In this document: positions 48,440 through 56,941 of the stretch, piece after piece | How positions within the stretch are numbered: position 1 is the stretch's first letter | Layout: each line of letters opens with the position of its first letter | Assembly: GCA_039805725.1 (NCBI GenBank) | Contig: JBDLTT010000040.1 | Location: forward strand, 1,309-65,308 | Length of the DNA: 64,000 bases | Direction of reading: 5' to 3' | From: Pseudomonadota bacterium | GTDB lineage: Bacteria > Pseudomonadota > Gammaproteobacteria > Burkholderiales > Rhodocyclaceae | Program-made: the position numbers and the translations under genes | Notes under the pieces: model-generated | Told to the model about the DNA's origin: nothing | Seen by the model: only the letters and a program-made list of their open reading frames with translations | Databases searched by the model: none

Positions 48440-48477
48440 GACCTGTACTCCTTGATTCAGTAAAAAACGAACCGCGC

Positions 48478-50385
48478 TTACCGGTAGGCAGCAACGTCTG
48501 CTTTCAGACGTTGGATCAGGTCTGCGACAGGCATTTGCCCCAGATCCTGACCCCCACGGGTACGCACGGCCACGAGACCGGCTTCTTTTTCCTTGTCGCC
48601 AACGACAAGTTGGTAAGGTAGCCGGTTAACGCTATGTTCCCGAATTTTATAGGTAATTTTCTCATTACGCAAATCGGCCTCGGCTCGGAAACCGGCCGCG
48701 TGTAGCTGACTTACCACAGCCTGGGCGTAATCAGCCTGTTTTTCCGAGATGTTGAGCACCACAGCCTGTACCGGCGACAGCCAAGTGGGCAGCGCACCCG
48801 AGTGGTTTTCGATCAGAATCCCGATAAAACGCTCCAGCGAGCCCAGAATGGCCCGGTGCAGCATCACCGGCACCTTACGGCTGTTGTCTTCGGCGACATA
48901 TTCAGCGCCCAGGCGTCCCGGCATCGAAAAATCGACCTGCATGGTGCCACACTGCCAGGAACGGCCAATGGCGTCTTTAATATGAAATTCGATCTTCGGA
49001 CCGTAAAAAGCACCCTCGCCCGGCAACTCCGTCCACTCCAGGCCAGAAGCCCGTAGACCGGCGCGCAGTGCCTCTTCGGCTTTGTCCCAGATCTCGTCGG
49101 AACCGACGCGGCCTTCCGGACGCAGTGCCAGTTTGACGGCGACATCGTTAAAGCCGAAATCGGCGTATACCTGTTTGACCAGCGCATTGAAGGCCGTGAC
49201 TTCGGCTTCGATCTGGTCTTCGGTACAGAACACGTGGCCATCATCCTGGACGAAACCGCGCACCCGCATCAAGCCATGTAACGCGCCCGACGACTCATTG
49301 CGGTGACAGGAACCGAATTCACCATATCGCAGCGGCAGATCACGATAGGAGCGCAGACCCGCGTTGTACACCTGCACGTGGCCCGGACAATTCATCGGCT
49401 TCAGCGCATAGAGGCGCTTTTCCGACTCGGTCGTGAACATATTCTCGTGGTAATGGTCCCAGTGGCCGGATTTTTCCCACAGGGAACGATCCAGAATCTG
49501 CGGGCAGCGCACTTCCTGATAACCATTATCGCGGTACACGCGACGCATGTACTGCTCGACTTCCTGCCAGACCGCCCAGCCCTTCGGGTGCCAGAACACC
49601 AGGCCCGGCGCTTCGTCCTGCATATGGAAGAGGTCGAGTGCACGACCCAGACGACGGTGATCACGTTTCTCGGCTTCTTCCAGCATGTGCAGGTAGCCAT
49701 CGAGGTCTTCTTTCTTGGCCCAGGCCGTGCCATAGACACGCTGCAACTGCTCGTTCTTGGGGTCCCCACGCCAGTAGGCGCCCGCGATCTTCATCAACTT
49801 GAAGTGCTTGAGCTTGCCGGTCGATGGCACGTGCGGTCCACGGCAGAGGTCGATGAAATCGCCTTCGCGATAGAGTGACACTTCCTGATCCTGCGGAATG
49901 GCCGCGATCAGCTCGGCCTTGTAGCGCTCGCCCTGCCCCTCAAAGAACTTGACGGCGTCATCACGCGACCAGACTTCTCGGGTGACGGGGATATCTTTCT
50001 TGGCCAGTTCGGCCATACGCTTTTCAATCGCGGTCAGGTCTTCCGGCGTAAACGGTCTTGAATACGCGAAGTCGTAATAAAAGCCATTGTCGACTGTCGG
50101 ACCAATGGTGACCTGCGCTTCCGGATACAGCTCCTTCACGGCATAAGCCAGCAAGTGCGCTGTCGAGTGGCGGATCAGCTCCAGCCCTTCCGGATCTTTG
50201 TCGGTGATGATGGCGAGCGGCGAATCCGTTTCGATCACGTAGCTGGCATCGACCAGCTTATCGTCGATGCGACCGCCAAGAGCGGCACGGGCCAGGCCGG
50301 CGCCAATACTGGCAGCGACATCCAGCACGGTGACCGGCTGAGGATAGTCGCGCTGGGAACCATCAGGAAGCGTAATAACGGGCAT
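48478..50385 (-). CDS. thrS: Threonine--tRNA ligase
   Basis: [43 protein letters not shown]. Confidence 0.99.
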   Translation of the reverse strand: MPVITLPDGSQRDYPQPVTVLDVAASIGAGLARAALGGRIDDKLVDASYVIETDSPLAIITDKDPEGLELIRHSTAHLLAYAVKELYPEAQVTIGPTVDNGFYYDFAYSRPFTPEDLTAIEKRMAELAKKDIPVTREVWSRDDAVKFFEGQGERYKAELIAAIPQDQEVSLYREGDFIDLCRGPHVPSTGKLKHFKLMKIAGAYWRGDPKNEQLQRVYGTAWAKKEDLDGYLHMLEEAEKRDHRRLGRALDLFHMQDEAPGLVFWHPKGWAVWQEVEQYMRRVYRDNGYQEVRCPQILDRSLWEKSGHWDHYHENMFTTESEKRLYALKPMNCPGHVQVYNAGLRSYRDLPLRYGEFGSCHRNESSGALHGLMRVRGFVQDDGHVFCTEDQIEAEVTAFNALVKQVYADFGFNDVAVKLALRPEGRVGSDEIWDKAEEALRAGLRASGLEWTELPGEGAFYGPKIEFHIKDAIGRSWQCGTMQVDFSMPGRLGAEYVAEDNSRKVPVMLHRAILGSLERFIGILIENHSGALPTWLSPVQAVVLNISEKQADYAQAVVSQLHAAGFRAEADLRNEKITYKIREHSVNRLPYQLVVGDKEKEAGLVAVRTRGGQDLGQMPVADLIQRLKADVAAYR

Positions 50386-50494
50386 CTTGAGCTCGCATTT
50401 GGTTAAAACAAACGCAAAAGCCAGAGCAGGTGGCCGGGGTCGCGATGATTGCGATAGTCGGCGAATCTGACTCTGGCTTGAGGGCTGAATTCGT

Positions 50495-50571
50495 TGGTAG
50501 GCGCGATTGGACTCGAACCAACGACCCCCACCATGTCAAGGTGGTGCTCTAACCAGCTGAGCTACGCGCCT
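50495..50571 (-). tRNA. tRNA-Val(GAC)
   Basis: AGGCGCGTAGCTCAGCTGGTTAGAGCACCACCTTGACATGGTGG...GTTCGAGTCCAATCGCGCCTACCA. Confidence 0.96.
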
Positions 50572-50628
50572 ACTGCAGAGGCGAGATTTTAACCAAAGAG
50601 TTGCTGCTTTGCAACCTGGCGCATCGAA

Positions 50629-50910
50629 TCAGCGTAGTAGCCACCATTTGCCGAGCCCCAGAGCCAACCAGAGCGAAAGCAGCGCAAAAAACAGCAAAAT
50701 TTCGCGGGCTGCAAAGCCACCTCCTGGCCAGAGCTTGCCGATCAGACTGCGGGGCGGCTGCAGAATCGTGTCAAACAAGCGCAGTACGGCGTTGCCTTTG
50801 CCTGCCTGGCCGGCCAATAGCGCGAGCAGCGCCCGGCCAACGACAATCCAGACGATCAACTCAATGACCGCACGTAATGCTACCAGGGCAAAGAGCACTC
50901 CCGAGGTCAT
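50629..50910 (-). CDS. Small membrane protein, YggT-like
   Basis: Two hydrophobic segments around NAVLRLFDTILQPPRSLIGKLWP; ATGA overlap with the symporter stop. Confidence 0.7.
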   Translation of the reverse strand: MTSGVLFALVALRAVIELIVWIVVGRALLALLAGQAGKGNAVLRLFDTILQPPRSLIGKLWPGGGFAAREILLFFALLSLWLALGLGKWWLLR

Positions 50911-53243
50911 TGCTCATCAACGCCAAATTCACGATCCAGGCGGTTCATCCAGTAGGCGTAAATAGCGATCAGCAGTAGATAAACGATCAATGCGCCTTTA
51001 GCACCAATCATGTAACCCAGCGGTAATCCGAGCAATATCCATTGATCCAGCCAGCGCGCAGCAAAACTGGCCACGAAGGTCACCATAAACCAGATACCAA
51101 GCAACAAAAGCGTTCCGGACAAGGTTTTGAGCCAATACCGGCGCTGCTGTTGGCGGAGGGAGTCTGGACCATGCCCCTCCTCGACACCCAGTCCACGGCT
51201 ATAGAGAATTCTCGGGTAGCGCAAACGTTCGATGAACTGCTGCGCTTCGGCGGACGGCGGCGATGTAAGCAGGCTGACCAAAATGTTGGTCAAGAACCCG
51301 GCCGGAACGCCAAAGACGGCGGCTGCCGACGCCTCGATGCCGAACCAGGGATCCATACCGATACCGTACCAGCCTAGCCATGGAATACTGTCAAACCGGA
51401 CGCGCGCGATGTAATACACCGTCAGCGCCAGGCCCACGATGATCCCGGCGATCGCGCCGTGACGATTGGCGCGCGGCCAGAAAATCGCCAAAACCAGCGC
51501 CGGAAAGAGCGCCGCGCCCGATAGCGAGAATGCCCACGCCACCATGTCGACCAGCGTCGCCGGTCGCTGCACCGCGATGGCGGCAGCGACAATGGCTACC
51601 GTCACCAACACGGATTTCGAGACGATCAGCCGCCAGGACGAGGATGCATCGGGCCGCAACATCTTGAAATAAATATCGTGCGAAAACGCCGAGGTGATCG
51701 ACAACAGCAATCCCTCCGATGTCGATAAGGCGGCCGCCAGGCCGCCGACCGCCACCATGCCGGAAATGACATACGGCAGACCGGCGATCTCGGGCGTGGC
51801 AAGCACAATCACATCGGGGCTGATCGACAGTTCCGCCCACTGCATCAGATGGTCATGATTGATGTCGTCGAATGAGAAGAGACCGATGCGCGCCCAGGCA
51901 CTGACCCATGCCGGCATAGATTCAATCGGTGCGCCGATCAAATGTTGCATAACCTCCAGCTTGACGAAAATGGCGTAGGCCGGCGCCAGCAAAAAGACCA
52001 GCACCACAAAGAACAAGGTCCAGAACACGGAGCGTCTGGCCTGACTGACGCTGGCGATACTGTAATAACGCATCAGCAAATGAGGCAGGGATGCCGTACC
52101 AATGGTCAGACAAAAAACGAGTGCCAGGAAATTGATGCGGCTGTGCGCATTGTCAGGCAGCGCAAAGGCTTTGAGATCATCCACCGGTGTTGCCGATCGA
52201 CGTTTGGCTTCCCTGGCATCTGTTCGCCAAACGGCATGCGCTTCCTGGGCCGTCAGTGGCATTTGCCGTCGCTCTCGCTCTAGCTGAACGATATCGCGCG
52301 CAGGCGCATCCGTCGCCTTCAACCGCTCGATTTTTTCCGTCAGATGCTTGCGCTCGTCGGCTAGCGATTGCGGCAATCCCTCAATTTTGGCTTCAAGAAC
52401 TCGTGCCCGTTGCTCATAAAGCTGACGGACTGCAACCTCGTCGGGGCGGTTGAAAATCTCGTGTTCGAGCGTCACCAGTTGATGCATCGCCTCTGCATAC
52501 AGCACGGGCGGTGCAGGCACACCCGTTTTATCAAATGCCAGGATGGTGATCGGGGTGATGTAAGCGATCAGCAGAATAACGTACTGTGCCGCCTGGGCGT
52601 GCATGAGCGCCCGCATGCCGCCGAGAAAAGAGCAAACCAGCACGCCGGCCAATCCGAGATAGACGCCGATTTCGAACTGCAGGGTAATGAATCGACTGGT
52701 GATGAGCCCAACGCCATAGACCTGCGCAACGACATAAATCAGCGAGGCGATGATGACCGCAAACGCCCCCAGCAATCGGATCGTCTGGCCGCCGTAACGT
52801 GCGGCCAAGAAATCGGGCAAGGTGTACTGTCCGAATTTACGCAAATAAGGCGCGAGTAACAGCGCCAGCAAGACATAGCCGCCGGTCCAGCCGATGACGA
52901 AGGCCAGCCCTTGATAACCTGACTGATAAAGCGCACCAGCCAGGCCAATAAAGGAGGCAGCCGACAGCCAGTCAGTACCGGCCGACAGGCCGGCATACAT
53001 GGCGGGCACGCGGCGGCCGGCCACAAAATATTCGGCGACATCGGAGGTGCGGGTAAAGAGCCCCACCAACGAAAATACCAGCAGCGTCAAGAAAAGAAAG
53101 ACGTAACCGATCCAGCGATCACTGAGCCCTTGGCTCTCAAGCCAACCCAGCACAAGAATTGACGCGACAAAGCCAACGGCAAATAGTGTCACGAATACTG
53201 CAGGGCCATAGGCGCCGAGCAATAGCCGCAGTCGGTTTGCCAC
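50907..53243 (-). CDS. Sodium:solute symporter (ActP/VC_2705-like) with C-terminal fused DUF4212-like small subunit
   Basis: YFVAGR, DWLSAASFIG, GWTGGY, APYLRKFGQYTLPDF, GTASLPHLLMRYY, LRYP; tail RYW...IWFMVTF...GLPLGY...KGALIVY...MNRLDREFGV. Confidence 0.88.
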   Translation of the reverse strand: MANRLRLLLGAYGPAVFVTLFAVGFVASILVLGWLESQGLSDRWIGYVFLFLTLLVFSLVGLFTRTSDVAEYFVAGRRVPAMYAGLSAGTDWLSAASFIGLAGALYQSGYQGLAFVIGWTGGYVLLALLLAPYLRKFGQYTLPDFLAARYGGQTIRLLGAFAVIIASLIYVVAQVYGVGLITSRFITLQFEIGVYLGLAGVLVCSFLGGMRALMHAQAAQYVILLIAYITPITILAFDKTGVPAPPVLYAEAMHQLVTLEHEIFNRPDEVAVRQLYEQRARVLEAKIEGLPQSLADERKHLTEKIERLKATDAPARDIVQLERERRQMPLTAQEAHAVWRTDAREAKRRSATPVDDLKAFALPDNAHSRINFLALVFCLTIGTASLPHLLMRYYSIASVSQARRSVFWTLFFVVLVFLLAPAYAIFVKLEVMQHLIGAPIESMPAWVSAWARIGLFSFDDINHDHLMQWAELSISPDVIVLATPEIAGLPYVISGMVAVGGLAAALSTSEGLLLSITSAFSHDIYFKMLRPDASSSWRLIVSKSVLVTVAIVAAAIAVQRPATLVDMVAWAFSLSGAALFPALVLAIFWPRANRHGAIAGIIVGLALTVYYIARVRFDSIPWLGWYGIGMDPWFGIEASAAAVFGVPAGFLTNILVSLLTSPPSAEAQQFIERLRYPRILYSRGLGVEEGHGPDSLRQQQRRYWLKTLSGTLLLLGIWFMVTFVASFAARWLDQWILLGLPLGYMIGAKGALIVYLLLIAIYAYWMNRLDREFGVDEQ

Positions 53244-53247
53244 CCTT

Positions 53248-54315
53248 TTAGATCCGATAGGTCAGCTTCAGGCGCTGCTGAAGACGCTTGGCCTGTTTCA
53301 GACCCTCACGGAGTACCGCCTCGTCATAAGTGCTGAGCTCTTCCGGATGCAGATGGTTATCCGGTTTGATGCCTTCGGTCATAGCACGATGCTGGTGGTT
53401 CAAACGTAGTCGCTGGAGTTCGGACATTGCCTGTAACGCAGCCGACACATCAAGTTCAGACATGCCGAACTTTTGTCCGGCTTGCAAAAAACGGGTACGG
53501 GTACTGGCCGACTTCACACCGTGCGCTAGCCCGATGATGCGACCCACATCGACAAAAATTCGGATACCGTACTTTTTAATGTCGACAAACTTTTCTTTGC
53601 CCTCCTTTTCCATGACCACATCCCCGGTAAAACCGATGGGTGGTTCGGCGGCCAGTGCATTGGTGGCCATCAGGCGCAGGAAGGTTTCTGCCGAGGGCGC
53701 CCAGCGCGCCAGCATTTCACGCAATGGGTCGACCATCGAAAAATCGCCATAGAGGGGGCGCACATCGAAGAAGATCGACGCATTGAGCAAGGCCGAGGGC
53801 TCTGGCTTGTGGATCCAGTCAAAGAAGAGCGCCTTCCATTCGTCTTCTGATCGGCACCAGGCCGGATTTCCCGCCATGATGTCACCGGAACACAACGTGA
53901 AGCCACAATCGGCCAGCCGCTGATTGGTTCGCTTAGCAAATGGCAGAAACACTTCACGTAAGAGATCGGCTTCGCGTTCATCGGAGGCTGAAAAAATCAG
54001 GCCATTGTCCTGGTCGGTGACCAACGTTTGCTCGTGTCGCCCTTCCGAGCCCAGACCAATCCAGCACCAGTTGGCCGCCGGCAAACGTGCTTCTTCAGCA
54101 GTGATGGCAACGACACGTGCAGCCAGCGCGTCGTTCAGCCATGAAATGCCGTAGGTCGCCAGCGCCCCCGTTAGCCCATCATCGAGAAAGGTCTGATCAA
54201 TCCGCTGTGCCTCTTCTGCCAAAGGCAGCAAAGCCGACATGCTGCTGGTTTTTTCAATTTTGGCCGCCAGCGTCTGTGCGCGATTGACGGCAAAGGTGTT
54301 ATCGCCGAAATTCAT
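53248..54315 (-). CDS. DUF294 nucleotidyltransferase with substrate-binding domain (GlnD/GlnE-like), no CBS or cNMP domains
   Basis: GSEGRHEQTLVTDQDNG (GS...DxD), CSGDIMAGNP, SIFFDVR, DIKK. Confidence 0.88.
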   Translation of the reverse strand: MNFGDNTFAVNRAQTLAAKIEKTSSMSALLPLAEEAQRIDQTFLDDGLTGALATYGISWLNDALAARVVAITAEEARLPAANWCWIGLGSEGRHEQTLVTDQDNGLIFSASDEREADLLREVFLPFAKRTNQRLADCGFTLCSGDIMAGNPAWCRSEDEWKALFFDWIHKPEPSALLNASIFFDVRPLYGDFSMVDPLREMLARWAPSAETFLRLMATNALAAEPPIGFTGDVVMEKEGKEKFVDIKKYGIRIFVDVGRIIGLAHGVKSASTRTRFLQAGQKFGMSELDVSAALQAMSELQRLRLNHQHRAMTEGIKPDNHLHPEELSTYDEAVLREGLKQAKRLQQRLKLTYRI

Positions 54316-54316
54316 G

Positions 54317-56491
54317 TCAATACTTCACTTGAGCAAAATAGGTTTTCTGAGAGGCTTCGATGGCCTGACCGAGTGTCGTGATGCCACGATCGGCCAGCGC
54401 AGGCAACAATCGTACAAACACCTGAGCGGTCGCAGTTGCATCTGCAAGCGCGTTATGGCGCTGATCCATATGGATTCCAAGGCGCTGCATGATCGCCTCG
54501 AGGCTATGGCTCTCCTGGTTCGGATGCGCCACCGCAGACAACAACAGGGTATCGAGTACCGGTTGATCAAAACGCAGGCCCAGGGTGGCCTCCTTGATCT
54601 CGAGGAAACGCATATCGAATGCGACGTTGTGACCTACCAACACCGTATCCGCACAGAAATCATGGAAGGCCGGCAACACCTGATCAATCGTCGGTTGACC
54701 CAGCAGCACACTGTCGGTGATGCCGTGAATCGCCATACTCGCCGCCTTGAGGGGTATGCGGGGATCAACCAGCTGATCGAAATGTTCCTGCTGCAACAGC
54801 CGACCATTGAGAATGCGCAACGCACCAATCTGGATAATTTCATCGCCGTTGCCCGGCTCCAGGCCGGTAGTTTCGGTATCAAAGACCGTATAGACCAGAT
54901 CAGTCAGTGGACGCTCCAGATCCACCTGACCGAGCGGCCGGTCAAAGAGATCGAAGTCGTAATATTCAGGGCGTGAATCGCCATCGCGTACGATCAGTTC
55001 GACACGCTCATCCGGTGAGGCACGCGGGATGAGCAAACGCAGCGATGCCTGATTCGCCGCACGCTGTCGTTGATACCAGATCTCGCCCCCATGCCGATCC
55101 AGCACTTCGCGCAGGGTGGGCGGGTTGACGCCGTGTCCATCGCGCATCGGCTCAATTTCCCAAGACAATACCGTCTCTGAGGACATCGACAAACCCAGCC
55201 AGAGTAGATCGATGTGTACAAAACGTTCGTCGCTACCCAAAGCGAGTGTCAGCGAACGAACCTCACCACTTTCTTCAATACGTGACGCCAGGAAGGTGAG
55301 TGCCGATACCAATGCAAAGCTGTCTGCCCGCACCCAAAGCGCTTCGGGTGTATCCGTTTGCAGGTTAACAGGAATCTTCAGCCGGGATTCGATCCGGCGG
55401 CTCGCCGCTTCCAGTATATCGGCCGCCATCATGTCATCCAGCGGCCAGTTCTGACGCAGCGAATCGGCGACTGTTTTAAGTGTCATATCCAGACGTTCGC
55501 TCATGCGCTTCACTTCTGACGACAAGACCCCGATAAACCGGTCACGATCCTGCGGTGCCATCTCGGGGTTGTCAGCCAGCATTTCCACTGCGGCGCGCAG
55601 CGTGCCCAGCGATGCACGACTCCCCTCCGTTAGCTCACCCAGGGCAGCATCACGTTTGGCATCTTGCTCCAGAGCACGCGTGATATTTTCAATGAGCAGA
55701 ATGTAGCCTGAGGCCGTCTGTATCCCTTCCAACTCCCGTAACACGGGCGCGATCTGCACGCGGATCAATTGGCTGCTATCGGTCGTTGTTACAAAGTTGG
55801 CGATAGCATGGCGATTACCCCGCTCCAACTGGATACGAATCGTTTCCCGCGCGTAATCGACCTGGCTGGCCTCAAGAATCGAGCTAATGGAACGCCCCAA
55901 CCCAATCAGCGCACCACTCGAAACCGAAGTCGGCCCCTTGGCCAGCGACTCGAACATAAATCGTGCACGATTGTTATAGAGCAGAATTCGCCCGTCCAGA
56001 TTACAAACCACGACAGCCTGCGCCAACTCAGACATCAGTGCTGCCAGACGATTCTTTTCTTCTTCGACATTACTCTTGGCTTTGGCAACCTGGGCTTCTA
56101 CGTCATCGATATAGGCATCACGCTGGGTTGCCAGATCGTTAATCGCGCGCACCAGCTCACGGAGCTCTGGTGGGCCCTCTTCCGTAATACGAAAGGAGCG
56201 ATTCGAGCCCAGCATCAGGCGCAATTCTTCGACCATCGCCGCCATTCCCGTCACATAACGGTTAAACAGGCGGCGAACCAGGGCGAGACCCAGAACAAAC
56301 CCCGTTGCTGTCAGAACACCGCCTAACGGCACCTGGGGCAATAAATGCTGAACCAGTACCTCACGCATACCGGGGGATGCACCAGCCCAGATCAATACAG
56401 AGGTCAGTAGGAAGGGGCCCGTCATCAACATGCCGAGCACCAACACAGCAAGGACGAAACGCCACTTGGCCTTTAGATCACGCAAAAACAT
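54317..56491 (-). CDS. Membrane PAS / pseudo-histidine-kinase / DEDDh 3'-5' exonuclease fusion protein
   Basis: 2 TM, HAMP-like segment, PAS (AVVVCNLDGRILLYN), His-less DHp, then VFDTETTG, GHNVAFD, HNALADA. Confidence 0.88.
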   Translation of the reverse strand: MFLRDLKAKWRFVLAVLVLGMLMTGPFLLTSVLIWAGASPGMREVLVQHLLPQVPLGGVLTATGFVLGLALVRRLFNRYVTGMAAMVEELRLMLGSNRSFRITEEGPPELRELVRAINDLATQRDAYIDDVEAQVAKAKSNVEEEKNRLAALMSELAQAVVVCNLDGRILLYNNRARFMFESLAKGPTSVSSGALIGLGRSISSILEASQVDYARETIRIQLERGNRHAIANFVTTTDSSQLIRVQIAPVLRELEGIQTASGYILLIENITRALEQDAKRDAALGELTEGSRASLGTLRAAVEMLADNPEMAPQDRDRFIGVLSSEVKRMSERLDMTLKTVADSLRQNWPLDDMMAADILEAASRRIESRLKIPVNLQTDTPEALWVRADSFALVSALTFLASRIEESGEVRSLTLALGSDERFVHIDLLWLGLSMSSETVLSWEIEPMRDGHGVNPPTLREVLDRHGGEIWYQRQRAANQASLRLLIPRASPDERVELIVRDGDSRPEYYDFDLFDRPLGQVDLERPLTDLVYTVFDTETTGLEPGNGDEIIQIGALRILNGRLLQQEHFDQLVDPRIPLKAASMAIHGITDSVLLGQPTIDQVLPAFHDFCADTVLVGHNVAFDMRFLEIKEATLGLRFDQPVLDTLLLSAVAHPNQESHSLEAIMQRLGIHMDQRHNALADATATAQVFVRLLPALADRGITTLGQAIEASQKTYFAQVKY

Positions 56492-56559
56492 GGGCTATCC
56501 CTATCACTACATTTACCTCAAACTGTTTAATTATGCGCTTTCTTGCATGCGCTTAACAG

Positions 56560-56925
56560 TCAGGCCAGCACCTCGCGGATCTTAACCACCAGATCCTTGG
56601 TAGAAAACGGCTTCAGCATATAGGCATCGGCGCCAAGCGCCAGCCCCTTGGCTTGCTCCGTATCGCGTCCCTTGGCGGTGAGCATAATGATTTTGAGTGA
56701 TGCCAGCGACGTATCGGCTCGCAGAATCTCGCAAACCTCGAACCCGGATTTCTTGGGCATCATCACGTCGAGCAATACCAGGTCGGGGTTAAAGCTGCGG
56801 ACTTTATCAATCGCCGCATCACCATCCCCGGCAGTATCAATTTGGAAACCTTCCTTCTTGAGCAGAAACTCTAGTGACATCACGATATTAGGTTCATCGT
56901 CGACAATGAGGATCTTATGGGTCAT
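56560..56925 (-). CDS. Single-domain response regulator (receiver only)
   Basis: IVDD, LLDVMMP, LTA, KPF; 121 aa from ATG 56925 after AAGGAG. Confidence 0.93.
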   Translation of the reverse strand: MTHKILIVDDEPNIVMSLEFLLKKEGFQIDTAGDGDAAIDKVRSFNPDLVLLDVMMPKKSGFEVCEILRADTSLASLKIIMLTAKGRDTEQAKGLALGADAYMLKPFSTKDLVVKIREVLA

Positions 56926-56941
56926 CGCAGTCTCCTTGGCG

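Noticed and set aside
54317-54900. Calling the exonuclease dnaQ, or the NTase plus nuclease pair a CBASS-like defence system
   Set aside because: Membrane anchor, PAS and pseudo-DHp are not features of Pol III epsilon; the NTase is DUF294/GlnD-like and the context is metabolic.
56520-56560. AAGCGCAT direct repeat and ACTGTT/AACAGT inverted repeat before the exonuclease gene
   Set aside because: Short, no matching motif found elsewhere in the module, and no candidate regulator.
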